Source of the DNA: Squalus acanthias
Lineage: Eukaryota
Length of the DNA: 64,000 nt
Direction: 5' to 3'
NCBI GenBank assembly: GCA_030390025.1
Contig: CM059440.1
Span: 3,782,001-3,846,000, forward strand
This document shows, piece after piece, positions 1 to 12,709 of the stretch (positions are counted from its first letter, which is position 1; each line of letters begins with the position of its first letter). The translations under genes were made by a program, and so were the position numbers. The notes beneath the pieces were generated by a model. The model was not told the origin of the DNA. It saw nothing but the letters and a program-made list of their open reading frames with translations, and did no database searches.

Positions 1-899
1 AATTTGCTGATGACACCAAGATTGGTGGAGTAGTGGATGAGGTGGAGGGCAGTTGTAGGCTGCAAAGAGACATTGATAGGATGCAGAGCTGGGCCGAAAA
101 ATGGCAGATGGAATTTAACCCTGATAAGTGCGAGGTGATTCATTTTGGTAGGGCAAATTTGAATAAGGATTACAGGGTCAACGGCAGGGTTCTGAGGAAC
201 GTGGAGGAGCAGAGGGATCTGGGGGTTCATATCCACAGATCTCTGAAGGTTGCCACTCAAGTGGATAGAGCAGTAAAGAAGGCCTATGGTGTGTTAGCGT
301 TTATTAACAGAGGGTTTGAGTTTAAGAACCGTGAGGTTATGCTGCAACTGTACAGGACCTTGGTGAGACCACATTTGGAATATTGTGTGCAGTTCTGGTC
401 ACCTCACTATAGGAAGGACGTAGAAGCATTGGAAAGAGTGCAAAGGAGATTTACCAGGATGCTGCCTGGTTTGGGGGGGAGGTCTTATGAGGAAAGATTG
501 AGGGAGTTGGGGCTTTTCTCTTTAGAGCGGAGGAGGATGAGAGGCGACTTAATAGAGGTTTATAAGATGATGAGGGGGATAGATAGAGTGGATGTTCAGA
601 GACTATTTCCTCGGGTAGAGGCAGCTGTTACAAGGGGGCATAACTATAAGGTGCATGGGGGGAGATATAGAAGGGATGTCCGAGGTAGATTCTTTACTCA
701 GAGAGTGGTTGGGGTGTGGAATGGACTGCCTGCTGTGATAGTGGAGTCGGACACTTTAGGAACTTTCAAGCGGTTATTGGATAAGCACATGGAGCACACC
801 AGAGTGATAGGGAGTGTGATAGCTTGATCTTGGTCTCGGACAATGCTCGGCACAACATCGAGGGCCGAAGGGCCTGTACTGTGCTGTACTGTTCTATGT
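1..899 (+). mobile_element. CR1 LINE 3' end (ORF2 reverse-transcriptase C-terminus + 3'UTR), cut by the window edge
   Basis: Uninterrupted frame from nt 3 (FADDTKIGG) through ERDLGV-like, LVRPHLEYCVQFWSP and FFTQRVVGVWN to the stop at 827. Tail gggccgaagggcctgtactgtgctgtactgttctatg. Confidence 0.95.
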
Positions 900-1397
900 A
901 AATAGGAAAATAAACTTTCCTGAAAGTGGACAAGCAATATAACTGGGCCATTTAACCTGGCACCAAACCTTGGCCGGGGAATACTAGGAGTACTTGAGGC
1001 TGGCATTGGGTGCAAAATTAATGCAGAAAAGTGTTCCATTCTTCAGTGACAACCGTCATTTTGAGCACAAAAAATATCAAAAATACAAATTTGAAGCATG
1101 TTCTGAGGTATCTTGTTTCTCGTTTTCTCTGCTGAAAGTATTGGCCCTTCCTAGAATATAGTTCCACAGATATCATCCAGCAACTTTTAGCCATTTTCAT
1201 ATGTGAATCTAACCGGTGAACAATTGTTAAGCCATTTGTCTAGAGTCCTGTCACAGGCAAAGCTGATCCCTTCCTCACCCAGTGTTCATAAGCATACTTT
1301 CTAGCAGGAGTCACTGGATAGCAATAAGTAACACAAATCTGAGCTGTTATTCCCAAACTACCTTGGGTGGGGTGTGCGGGCGATGAGACCAGTAGTA

Positions 1398-1760
1398 CAG
1401 GAAACTCTCTTTTAACCGGCACCCAAATAACCGGAAATCTCTCTTAACCGGCAAAATTCTTGAGTAGGTAACCGGGGTTTTCCTTCATCTCTCCTTTAAA
1501 AATAACTTTTAAAAAAACCCGAGGCGTTTGCCTTGTATCGGAGCATGTAGATTGGGAGGGGAATGTGCAGCCCGGGTAGGCAGCGGACACGACAGATGGT
1601 CAGCTGGCGGTCCCCGGGGAGACGGAGCTCCGAATGCAGGCGCATGTCAGTGTGTACGGGGCTCTCGTACGTTGGGAGATATAACTCTCCGTTATCCGGA
1701 CTTTTTGATTAACCGGCACCACGCCGGTCCCGTCGGTGCCGGTTAATAAAGAGTTTCCTG
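1398..1760. mobile_element. Non-autonomous Tc1/mariner (pogo/Tigger-like) MITE, copy A
   Basis: 26-bp TIRs CAGGAAACTCTCTTTTAACCGGCACC / GGTGCCGGTTAATAAAGAGTTTCCTG (2 mismatches), TA on both flanks (1396-1397 and 1761-1762), subterminal TAACCGG/TATCCGG repeats. Confidence 0.85.
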
Positions 1761-2268
1761 TAGTACACCAACTGCTGAGAGCTAACTCAACACAGCCTGG
1801 GGATTGAATGTCTGTGGATGAAATAGATGGTTTGTGTCTTGATGGGCAATAATCAGATTATGTAGTTTGAAGTGGTGAGTATGTAGGCAATTTATTTCAT
1901 ATTAAATAATGGTTGGTAGGTCACATTCCATTTCAAAGTGCATTGAAAGCCCCCAGGTCAACTGATCCTTGTATTTTTCCATTATATTTACCTGCAATAC
2001 CTGTTGTGCTTGTAGGTTTTCAGTGTTAAGCTTTGCTAGAATTGGTAACACAAGAATATCTTGCACCAGTATGCCTTATCTCAACAAAATCCTGGAGTAT
2101 CAGTGTTTATTCAGAGATGAAGAAACCTTGCCTGTACAAATCAAAATGGAGCCTTCTCCAATTTGGAAAAACCTCCTTAAAAATCCAAAAATAGGCACTG
2201 CTAACACTAATTGTATTCTCCAAATTCAGACCTCATCAAGCTCTTCATGTCGCCCATATTCAAATGTT

Positions 2269-2273
<5 letters not shown>

Positions 2274-2299
<26 letters not shown>
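2274..2299. repeat. Poly-C homopolymer (26 nt)
   Basis: Direct count. Similar tracts: 20846-20872 (C27), 21133-21153 (C21), 22420-22445 (G26), 41518-41535 (C18). Confidence 0.95.
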
Positions 2300-4902
2300 G
2301 CAAGCTGAAGTGGCTTCCTTGCTTCCTCATCCCTCGTCCTCCACCTTGATCCAATTCCTCCTCTCCTCGCGCCCCGCCCCCCCCAGCTTCTAACTTTGCT
2401 TGATGTGAAGACTGCCCTTTGTTTTGACTTCATGTGTGCAATGCCATGGGAGTTCAACTAGTGGTTTTAAAAAGATTATTAATACAGCTGATTACACCTA
2501 CTGTTGAATCTGTTTTCCTTTCATTGTGTTGAAATTTAAGTTCTGATCTGTGTTATTGGTGCCATTTGATTCAGATTCCCGGAGACTGGCATCTCTTGGC
2601 TGCCAGTGTTTACTGTGCTAAATCCTTATCCCAGCAGCGGATGTGTCGACCCAGATTTTCATGTGTACAGGTATCAGTATTGCACACCAGGCAGTGAGAA
2701 TCTGGCCATCTGGTTGGCTATCTAACATTTAAACTAACTCCCACTGTTAACAGTAGAATTCTGAGATTGTTGTAAAACTGAGTTTGGCTTGCTTTTAAGT
2801 TTTTTTTTGAAAAATAGGGAGTTTTTATATTCTGTATTTTATGCATAATTTCCATTTTTCTCCCTCCTCTCCTGAAGGTTCCATAGGTGGCACCACCCTC
2901 CAGTACCTCGCAAAGCTAGCTGCTCTCAATGTGTAAGCCTGGACATGCTATGTATGTAAACATGACCTTATTTTAAGTCCCAACTTAGACAAGCAATGAA
3001 AGGGGTGGGGAGGGGGAAGAGAAGATAATCCAGTCTAGTCATCATTTATAAACTGAGTATTTGGAATACTGGGGTAGGAGCGGTTATCATTTAGACCTGA
3101 TAAATTGTTCTGTTCATAGCATTCTGCGCATAAAGCAGCCATTTTGTGATTTTCTAAGGATGTGGAAAACTGAGACGTTATGTTGATCAGAAACATAAAA
3201 AAAAAAGTCTACAGTTCATGTATTAGATTGTCCACTTCTCATTTGACTTACAATGGGCAAACATTTCTTGTAAATAAAAGTCAGCCGATCTTAGCTGCAG
3301 CGCACACTGGTTGCGATGGTAAGGTGTGGCCTTTAAGACTCAAAACCCAGAGGATGATCTGTCAGTTGTGTGATTGCTCTGCGTTTCACATGCATTCTGT
3401 GAAGCAAGGTTTGAACCAAATTCCTAATTGTATTTTAATGAGTTTATGAAACTGTTCTTCAGCCATCTTTAGGAGCCTTAAATTTACCTTGAATGCAGAA
3501 GGATATGTGCATTTAGTTTTGAGATTGTGTTCTTGTGCTAATGTGAAAGTGCAGGTGTTGTTCTAGGTTTAATTTGCGTAGGAATTATAGCTTGAGGGAC
3601 CAGTGTTGCTATAACCCTCTAAGGACTTCAGAAGTGTTCTGCAGTGCGTTTGAATATTACTACATTAGCATTTGGGTTCATGCAGAAAATACTGATTAAA
3701 AATCTTTGTTTTCCGTTCATAAAGATGACTGGGTTGCTCATAGTTTTGAAGGAAGCATTTTTGTGCAAAGTTGTTTTGAAGTCCTTTGGTGTGAATTCAC
3801 GTCTTGCATCTGTCGATGTGATAGGTGTGGCTTCCTTGAAACTGCACAAAAGAAAAACAGCACTCTGCCTTCTAAAATGCATTTACTGGGACTGAAATGC
3901 ATTTGCATCCCACTGCAGATATCTTTTTTGATCAAATCTAATCTGTTTATAGTTATAAGTATAAGCAAACTACATTGGAAATCTGAAATGAAAAATTCTG
4001 GAAATATGTAGCTGGGATGCTGTTAATTTCTTTTCAGTTGCTGACCTGCAGCGTATTTCCAGCATTTTCTGATGTATTTAGTTTTTTGTCTCTTGTCTTG
4101 TGTGACCATTGCACTGTATAGAAACGTTGAAAGTATTCATGTGGTTCTTAAGAATTGCTATCTAAATAAGCTTTTAAAAACTTTACAGTGTAAACTGTTA
4201 AACTGGTTCAGCATACATTGGTATCCGGGGGGCTCTGGGTTTGCTAAGTGCATCTTTTATGTGGGTTTTGAAAACAGTCATCTTTAGATCTTGGTAGATC
4301 ATACCAAGACAGAGTTCCTGTTTCTTTCTAATGGAATGAATGTTAATTCAGGTACTGGTATTAACAAGTTGCACGATATAGTGTACAAATAATTAGATTT
4401 TCTGTCTAGTTGTAGAAATCCCCAATGTGGTGATTAGGTTCATTTTGCATGGGTCCAAATAATGAACTTGTAGCTACAGATACTTGAATCTCCAGTACCC
4501 AATCAACACAGCCGATGTCTAAATAATAAGTTGCACCTTGTTGTCCTGATGCAGAAATTGTCACATTCTGCCATTTGTTTTAATGAGCGTTGCGTTGCCT
4601 GTAACTGAGTCCTTAAAGAAAGATGGATCAGAATTTGTTTTTTATCCTCAAAGCTTAATGGTAATTTATAGGAATTATACTGTACCGTGAGCAATGTGGT
4701 TCAAATTTGTGGCTTCATTCAGGAGTAAGGTATGGGGTATTTGAGTTTGTACCCAAATTTTAAGTGAAAATTCTCCATGGGGGTAAGTTAGAGTTAATTT
4801 CAAACTGCGTTATTGTTGCATACATCAGATGAATAATGAGGTTTCTATCACAGCTTAACCAAGCTTCAAACTGAGGAAACTAGCTTTAAGCTATCCAGTT
4901 CT

Positions 4903-5790
4903 CAATGGTCCGGATTTTGCTGCCAAAATAACGGCGAGTTGAATGACACTCCCCATTATTAATGTGCAAATCGTCCAACAACTTGTGGCAAGGAAGAGAT
5001 ACCCTGTGAATTGCGATTCACCAGAATTTGCTTGACGATTTGTGTTGCTCCGCTGGCAGCTCGTCCTCAAACACTCGTGAGTTGCATGAAGTTGCTGCAT
5101 ATGTGCAGTAATTGCCAATTAAACTCTCCGTAGAAAATTACGGCTGCTACTTAACAGCGTAGGTACCTGTTTTAATTACAAGATTTATGTTCCTGCAATG
5201 CCACACTCAACTTTCCGGCCCAAAAAGGAAACAATTGAAACTACAGAGTCTCATTCCTACAGGTAGTAAATTGTTGGAGATTTTAAAAAATAAATCATTT
5301 TTTCCTTACTTTTCCTTTGTCTCTTTTCTCTCCATCCAATCTTTCTTTCCCTCTATTTCTCTTTCTGTACTTGATTTGAGACTCATTTACCTTATTTTCT
5401 TCTTTGTCGTTCCTTTGTTTCTTAATCCTTAAATCTCTGGTTAAGGAGATAGGCGGTTAGCAATGTTCCCCCTAACTTTTTTTGGATGCGCGGACCTTTT
5501 AAGGGGCTGTGCAACCCATTCACATTTTCGCGAAATTTAACATTGGGAAAGCCGACTACTGGCTGCGCAGGGCTGACAGACAGCTGCACGGTCGCGCAGT
5601 TTAGAGGGAAAGTTGGCGGTTGGTCCCATTGTTCACCAAGGTCCCAGATGCCCTGTTGCCCTCGCTGCGCCGTTATCAGCTTGCACATCCAGCAACTTGC
5701 AGGGCAAAAAATTTCAAACTGAAAGGTGAGGGGAAAATGCTTAACTGAGAACCCCATGAGATGCCCCACTCTATCAAAATCTGGGACATA
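4903..5790. mobile_element. Probable non-autonomous DNA element of unassigned family, containing a nested hAT MITE
   Basis: Ends resemble an inverted repeat (ggtccggattttg ... caaaatctgggac), CpG content is raised, and there is an internal pyrimidine tract. A loosely similar architecture occurs at about 19760-20355. Confidence 0.4.
5461..5615. mobile_element. hAT-type MITE (155 bp)
   Basis: TIRs CAATGTTCCCCCTAA / TTAGAGGGAAAGTTG; 8-bp TSD gcggttag / gcggttgg (7/8). Confidence 0.75.
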
Positions 5791-8555
5791 ATCTTAAAAG
5801 ATTAGTTTGACCTAAACTGGTGGGTGAGCTCCGTAAGATGTATTCTCTCGGTTATGCTCAGCAAGAGCCTGATACAATAGTGCTGCTTTATACTGCAGGT
5901 ATTGGTTTTGTATTGACACACTCAAGGTTGTCAAAATTCAAATTTCCTTCACATTAGCTGTTTCAAGCCACCATTGTGCTCCACTTTGTGTGACAGTGCA
6001 ATATGAAAAGTGTGTAGCATTAAGACAGAAACTTCAAAATATAAAGTAGAGAGGTATTTAATCTTGGCAAACTGAGAACATGACTTCCTGAAAATTGGCA
6101 TTTGTAAAGAGATCTGAAACATAGCTTGTGTGACCTGTGACCCTTAAGCATGCTGCAACAAACTGCTTGGCATCGAGCTGATTGCTAAGTCATTAGTATT
6201 TGATTTCTGGCCAGATGGTTGTGCATCCAGACTGACCCTGATTGACATTTGGAATTAGCTATCTTCATTTGGTTGGAATGGAAATGGTAAAGGAAGAAAT
6301 CTAAGCTAACTAGATCATGGTTACGTTGTTGAATGTTGCAACTTGGAAAGAGGACACAGACAGATTTGAAACATGCCTCCTTTAGCCTTATCAAAAAGCT
6401 GTGTTGATGACCGCAAAGTCTCTAGCACATCTCTGGATGGAGAGGAAAGGACAGGCATGTACTGGAGCATCTTGGTGTTAGCCAGCAGACTGAAGGTAGT
6501 ATTGAGGCTCAATATTGGGATTGTTCATCTGTACACTGGAAACCAACCGAGGCAGTGTTAGTATGCTTGTAGCACCTGGTGTTTAAACCTTGCTTAAAAC
6601 AAATAATTTGCCGAATATTATGCTTGTATGCAGCTTCCACGAGCTGCTTCTGTAAAATTGATGTATCTTTGCTACTTTAAATTCTCTGGGTTAATATGGA
6701 CCGAATGTTGTTTGAAAAATTAATGCACAGCTACGCTCTTTGAGACACTTGATTTCTTGTTGAAGACAGGAGATCAGGAAATAGTGCGAGAAACCTGTTG
6801 GTAAGAAATGGGTTGGTCAAACCCCACCCCCCTGCAACGCTATAATAAAATAAGATTGAGCAGGACACGCATAAGCTAATCATTGAGAGAAGGCCAGTGT
6901 GGTATAAAGAGATTGGCGTATTAACACGGTAAAGGTATTTGAGGATTGTGCCAGGCAAGGAATAATCCTGATGGCGGAATAAATCAATGTTTGAGAACAT
7001 TTTGTTCGTGTGGAATCAACATAAAGTAAGACTGGGTATCCTTCTCCTAATGTCATTACTACATTAGTTGGATTCTGAGTTTATTAAACTCTTCCATGCT
7101 AGTCTACAGATTTAAAAATACAGTGCTGATCATTTTAAGGTGGGTTCTGATGAGTTTTATGCATGGTTGTCTAGCCTAGAGGTTCTTCCAGTTAGGTAAA
7201 TTGAATAATTGAGGTTATTAAAAGGAATATAATCTGATAAATTTCACCACTTGCCTTTATTTAGCAAATACTGTATTTCGTGGCTGTTTATTCCTCAAAA
7301 CATACTGTGCTCAGTCATCATGGTTCCTTCAATTTCCCCCTTATGGAATTATGAAGACAAGCATTATAATTGTGTAAAATGGATAACTTTTTAACACAAT
7401 TGTTAAAATATAATATTGCACAGATTAACTCATTTAAGGTGGGTCCATTTTGTAAACCTTCTGATCTTGTGTGTTCTCTCTTTCAAAATGATGAGTTTAA
7501 GTGAAACTTTTATATCTGACCGTACATTGAGCAAAGGGTGTATTCCAGGTTTTCACAATTTTGGTGCAGAAAGTCACCTCTTTGTTGTCAGGAGACTGAA
7601 GCGAAGTAAGCTTGGACAGTCTGAATTTAGTCCCAATGGGCATGGGCCAAACCACAGAACTGCTCTCAATGCACTACTAAATTGGTAATTTCACTTAGAG
7701 TGGGAAATTGAAAAATTCACACTAGTGCCGTTGGATTATTGTTGTGCTTTGGGGCAGAGAAGAAGGAAAAGGAAGTACTCGACGCTGTAGCTTGATGTTA
7801 GAAAGCAGAAGTATTCCATTCTCCAAAACTGACAGTGACAGACTTTGCCTTAGATGCAGAATAAACAGTCAGTTCTATTTTACAATATTGTGTAATCTCT
7901 AAGTGAAATGAATGAGGATCTACATTCAGCAAGTAGAAAAATGTTTTTTTTTACTAGTACTAAAATTCTTTGAGTACAAAAAATCACAACCTTGTAGTTT
8001 ATGTGGATTTCTTTACATATTAAATGGATAATCAGTAATTAAAATTAAATTTTTTTCTGAACATTTCAACTTTATGCTTCATATTTGATTTCTTGACCTT
8101 TTGGCTGAAGGTAATCTAGACTAAGTTGCAGTCAGACTAGTTTTCTTGAAGGCCCTGACCCTTAGATAGACTCCAACAGAGTCCTCAGGTGCTTTGCTCA
8201 AGTGGCCATTAATATGTGAGCCACAGTAGGCTGTTTGATCATGGAGTGCATCACCAGGCAAGCCCAATTCTATTTTTAAGAACCAAATTGTTTTAAAGCG
8301 TTACATTAGACTGGTTTAAAAACTTTCCAGAATGGTGGCTGTTATACAGTGTCCATCAGTTAACCTATTCTTAAGCCGAATATTTCACCTTTGATTTAGA
8401 GGGTTTTTGGAGGTTGTGATACTTTATTTACTTTGCTGTGCTGCATCGATGGCACTCTTGACATCAGGTATGCTGTTACCTCCAGAATGAGACCTGCATG
8501 CCAATGTAAATATCACCTTTTTGAAAGCAAAAAAAATGTTGTGTTTTCTGGATGC

Positions 8556-8850
8556 ACAACCAGGGCGCATAGATTTAAATTAAATGGTAGAAGGAATAGA
8601 GAGGAGTTGAGAAATCTTTTCACCCAGAGGGTGGTGGGGGTCTGGAACTCACTACCTGAAAGGGTGGTAGAGGCAGAAACCCTCATCGCATTTAAAAAGT
8701 ACTTGGATATGCACTTGAAGTGCCGTAACCTACAGGGCTACGGACCAAGAGCTGGAAAGTGGGATTAGGCTGGATAGCTCTTTTTTGGCCGGCACAGACA
8801 TGATGGGACGAATGGCCTCCTTCTGTGCCGTAAATTTCAATGATTCTATG
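8556..8850 (+). mobile_element. CR1 LINE 3' fragment
   Basis: HRFKLNGRR...FTQRVVGVWNSLPERVVEAETLIAFKKYLD plus tail atggcctccttctgtgccgtaaatttcaatgattctatg. Confidence 0.93.
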
Positions 8851-9399
8851 GCTAAGCCCATCGATTTAGAATTTGAGAATCAAGTCAGTTTGCACAGCTG
8901 TTGGGATAATTTGTGGACTTTTGTGCAGCACTAGTTCTTTTGGGGAAGAATTGACAGGGAAAGAAGAAAATGGAAGAATTTTTAAACTAAGTACTTTAAT
9001 GGTTTGTCATGGTGTAGTTTAAGTAATTGTAATTTAATTGCTGTACTGCACTTTAGTACTATTGTGCAAGAGCATTTTATTGAGCAACACTTTTTTTAAA
9101 TGGTGCTGCAATGTTACTCTCCAGCTTTCTAAATTTTTATTGGCCTTGGCATCAAGGTTTTGGGAATGTGTAGGGTTGGGTAATTATTGGCAGACTACTG
9201 TATTTACATATCCAAATAAGCGGGGCCTCTCCAGATGAATTCTGCGGCATGAGAATGTAGATTCTGTGGCATCTCTGTCCATGGTTGGGGACCATCTCAA
9301 TAAGTAAAACTATATTGAGATGTCTCCCAACCCTGGGCAGATCTGCTGAAACGAAATTGGCCAGTTACCAATGGCATCTTATGTTACTGTGATCACAGC

Positions 9400-9790
9400 T
9401 CACTGTCTGTCCTCATCATCCTTGACCTTTCCACAGCCTTTGACACAAGTCAGCTACTCCCTTATTCCTTTGTTTCTTCTCCACAGAGCATCCCTGTAGA
9501 TCTGCTGTCTCTTGGTGCCCCTTCTACCTTTCATACAACAAACATTACATCACTTCAAAGAGTTTCTCGTGTCCACATGGTTATCTCTGATGTATCCTCA
9601 GGTTCCATCCTTGGCCCCCTTCTATCAATTACACATCACCCTTTGACAATTGTGTCCGTAAGCAAAGAGTCAGATTTCACACACATCATCCAACTTTGCC
9701 TCATCTCCTCCATTGACCCCCACAGTTATCGTCATGTCTCCAAATGCCTATCCAACATGCGGACTTGGTTGACCCAAAATGTCCGTAGCT
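9400..9790 (+). mobile_element. Degraded L2 LINE RT fragment
   Basis: cttgacctttccacagcctttgacaca (LDLSTAFDT) and ggttccatccttggcccccttct (GSILGPLL), with frameshifts. Confidence 0.7.
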
Positions 9791-11659
9791 ATTCTCTTTG
9801 ACTCTGATAAATACATGTGCACTTCTGGCTTCAACTACAATCTCTCGCCCAGCTGCCAATTCTAATGGAGCCACGGAAGCTAAACTTGAGAAACCCATTG
9901 AACTGTGCCACCTGTAAGTCCATGTCAGAAAATGAGAGATACACTAACCAAACTGAACAGCAGCTGAGCCATTTTTCTACATCAATTCAAAGTTGGAAAG
10001 AATGTGTTTTGGACTTCACCTCAAGCCATAAAATCTCCAGCTGTGTAATCATGTGGAGCCAAAATGTACTAAAGTGATAAGTTATGCCATCAATACAATT
10101 TCCTGTTACTAGAACATTGACCACACCTCGCTGATCTACTCAGTCAATTGGCCATTGCCATACCGATGAAGATGACCAAATTTTATATCGGTGTTGTGTG
10201 ACAGCGCCAGAGGTGGAATCTGTAGATCTGCTCCATGCTTGCCAATGCTATTCTTGAGTAAGTCATTTTCAGATTGGCTGTTAGAATTTCTCTTATGCAT
10301 TGCACCATGGTTCATCCTCTGATCAAAGAAAGAAGGGTGAAGTCAGAGCCTTGTATAATGGAATTCCCAAGTCTATTTAGAAGTAATTCCTTTTCTTAAA
10401 AAAACTTGTTTTCTTAAATCTGATGAATGTTGAATTCTAAAATGGTTAGATGTTGGAAAGCAGAGTTAAAATTTTAACCAATGATGCATTTTTGCAGATG
10501 GCAACTCCATCCAGATGTTGAGTAAACAGCAGCATACACATTCAGTGCCTTATAAAGGGCCTTTGTTTTTACAAGATGACGCCGTGAATTCTTGAACACT
10601 GAAATGTCAGTTGCAGCAACAAAAGAAATGACAATTATACAGGCATTGTATGCTCCTTGCTGAATCTCGGGGGACCATTGACACAAAAATTACAGTAATT
10701 TTCTTATTTCAAAAGGTAATTTGCCAAGTTTAAAAATAAAAGATATAGAGCAGCCTGTGGATCTAACATAATATTGGGCTCCAAAGACATTTGAACTTGA
10801 ATCATAACTTGCATTGTTCAGATTTCTCACTTGAATTGGTAACTTTTTTATGTTGATTGCCACTGGACTGTAAGAAATAGTTTTACATCATAATAGAGTA
10901 ACCTGTCAGAACAACACTGATTGCAACTGTAGAGAAGTCCACAGCCCGAACATAACCATAGTTCTGGCTGATAAAGCAAGCATGGTGACATAAGATGCAA
11001 ATGGGAAGTATTTATTTGCTGGAGAATACATATAGAATCATAGAATGATACAGCACGGAAGGAGGCCTGTACCGTAAACATTGAGATTTTTTTTTAAATC
11101 ACCCCTATTTTGTACAAGGCAACAAGAGTGACTGTTGTCATTGTTCTATGCAAGTCAATTTAACAAAAGTCTAGGAATTGTTTTTAAATTGTCTGAAATT
11201 TTAAAAAACCTTAATTTTAAATTAATCTTGGAAACCATTCAATTTAAAAAAAAAATTACAGCAACATTTCAAGAGAATCATTGGTCATTAACCCATTTTC
11301 CTATGTGATCTCACGGAGGGTTTAAGACTTTTTTTAAAAATCCATTGCCTCTATGCCATAGACTAAATTAATATTGGGTAGAAAGCACAAGGAGCATCTA
11401 TTCCTTTAAGATGCCCCCTGTTCCTGCATGATAGCCTTCAATTCTTTCTGCTCTTAGAATTGACTCCATTTTAAAATTTTACAGTCCGTTTGATGGAATA
11501 ATCCCTGGATTTCACAAGTTTTTATTAAATCCTGGTTTGATTGTTCATTGTATGAATGTCTTGTCTTTAATGTGCCGTCTTCCATTGGATCACAAATTAA
11601 CTAGTGTGAGTAGAGTAAGAAGCCAAAAGTGTTAAATGGAACAGCATGCCAGTGGTCGC

Positions 11660-11955
11660 AAAAGAGATCTAGGTGTTATAGTGAATAAATCTGTTCCTGC
11701 TTAGCTGCAGTAAAAAGCCAAATAAAATGGATTGTATTAGAGGGAGGGACTGCTGCGTTTGTTGGTCAGATCCATTTGGTGTAGAGTGCAGTTCTGGTTA
11801 GCTAATAACGATTCTATTGTCTTTGAGGGTGTACAGGTAGCAAATAATTATTGGTATCTGGAATTTAAGCTAACAGGAAAAGTAAGGCCTATTTACTTTG
11901 GGGGGAAAAATGAGTATGAAGTGATGTCATTAAATTTTTCAAAATTATGAAAAAT
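11660..11955 (+). mobile_element. Highly degraded CR1 fragment
   Basis: agagatctaggtgttatagtg (RDLGVIV) and LVRSIWCRVQFW resemble CR1 ORF2 motifs. Confidence 0.55.
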
Positions 11956-12212
11956 TTAATCAAAATTAGAACTGCTTTTTGATTGTTTATCTATATTGCT
12001 TTATGGAGCTAATATATTGATGATAGATACGTAACTGAATTGAATATTCAACATTCTGAACTACTAAAGACTTTGCCTAAGTTCCTGCTTGCGTCAGCGT
12101 GGCTCTGTCAGAAGATTGTGGGTTCAAGCTCCATTATTGAAGAATGCCTAAGCTAGGCTGAGATTTCAGTGCAATACTACGGAGTGCAGCATTGTTGAAT
12201 GCCTTGTCTTTT

Positions 12213-12662
12213 ACATAGAAACATAGAAACTAGGAGCAGGAGTAGGCCATTCGGCCCGTCGAGCCTGCTCCACCATTCAATACGATCATGGCTGATCATC
12301 CAAATCCAGTACCCTGTCCCTGCTTTCCCACACAGAATCCCCATCGAGCCTGCACCGACACATATCCCACCCTATCCCCGTAACCCCACGTATTTAATTC
12401 CCCCTAACATATCCCATCCTATCCCCGTAACCCCACATATTTAATCCCCCCCTAACACTAAGGGTCAATTTATCATAGCCAAATCAACCTAACCCGCACA
12501 TTTTTGGACTGTGGGAGGAAACCGGAGCACCCGGAGGAAACCCACGCAGACACGGGGAGAATGTGCAAACTCCACACAGACAGTCACCCGAGGCCGGATT
12601 CGAACCCGGGTCCCTGGCGCTGTGGGGCACCAGTGCTAACCACTATGCCACCGTGTTGCCCA
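12213..12662 (-). mobile_element. HE1-type V-SINE with CR1-derived tail
   Basis: Minus strand reads ggcaacacggtggcatagtggttagcact...gggttcgaatcc (A/B boxes), then the V-domain gtggagtttgcacattctccccgtgtctgcgtgggtttcctccgggtgctccggtttcctcccac, then a tail ending tttctatgtttctatgt. A ~45-bp unit is duplicated at about 12362-12455. Confidence 0.9.
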
Positions 12663-12709
12663 TGACATTTTGGATGACATTATTAAACAACGGCCTGTTT
12701 GCCTGTCCC

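Noticed and set aside
1969-2457. Poly-Pro/poly-Gly ORFs (also near 20685-21308, 22410 and 41395-41674)
   Set aside because: Translations of C/G homopolymers in intronic DNA.
12560-12662. tRNA genes suggested by A/B boxes here and at 61740-61810
   Set aside because: These are SINE heads joined to V or Deu cores, with no complete cloverleaf.
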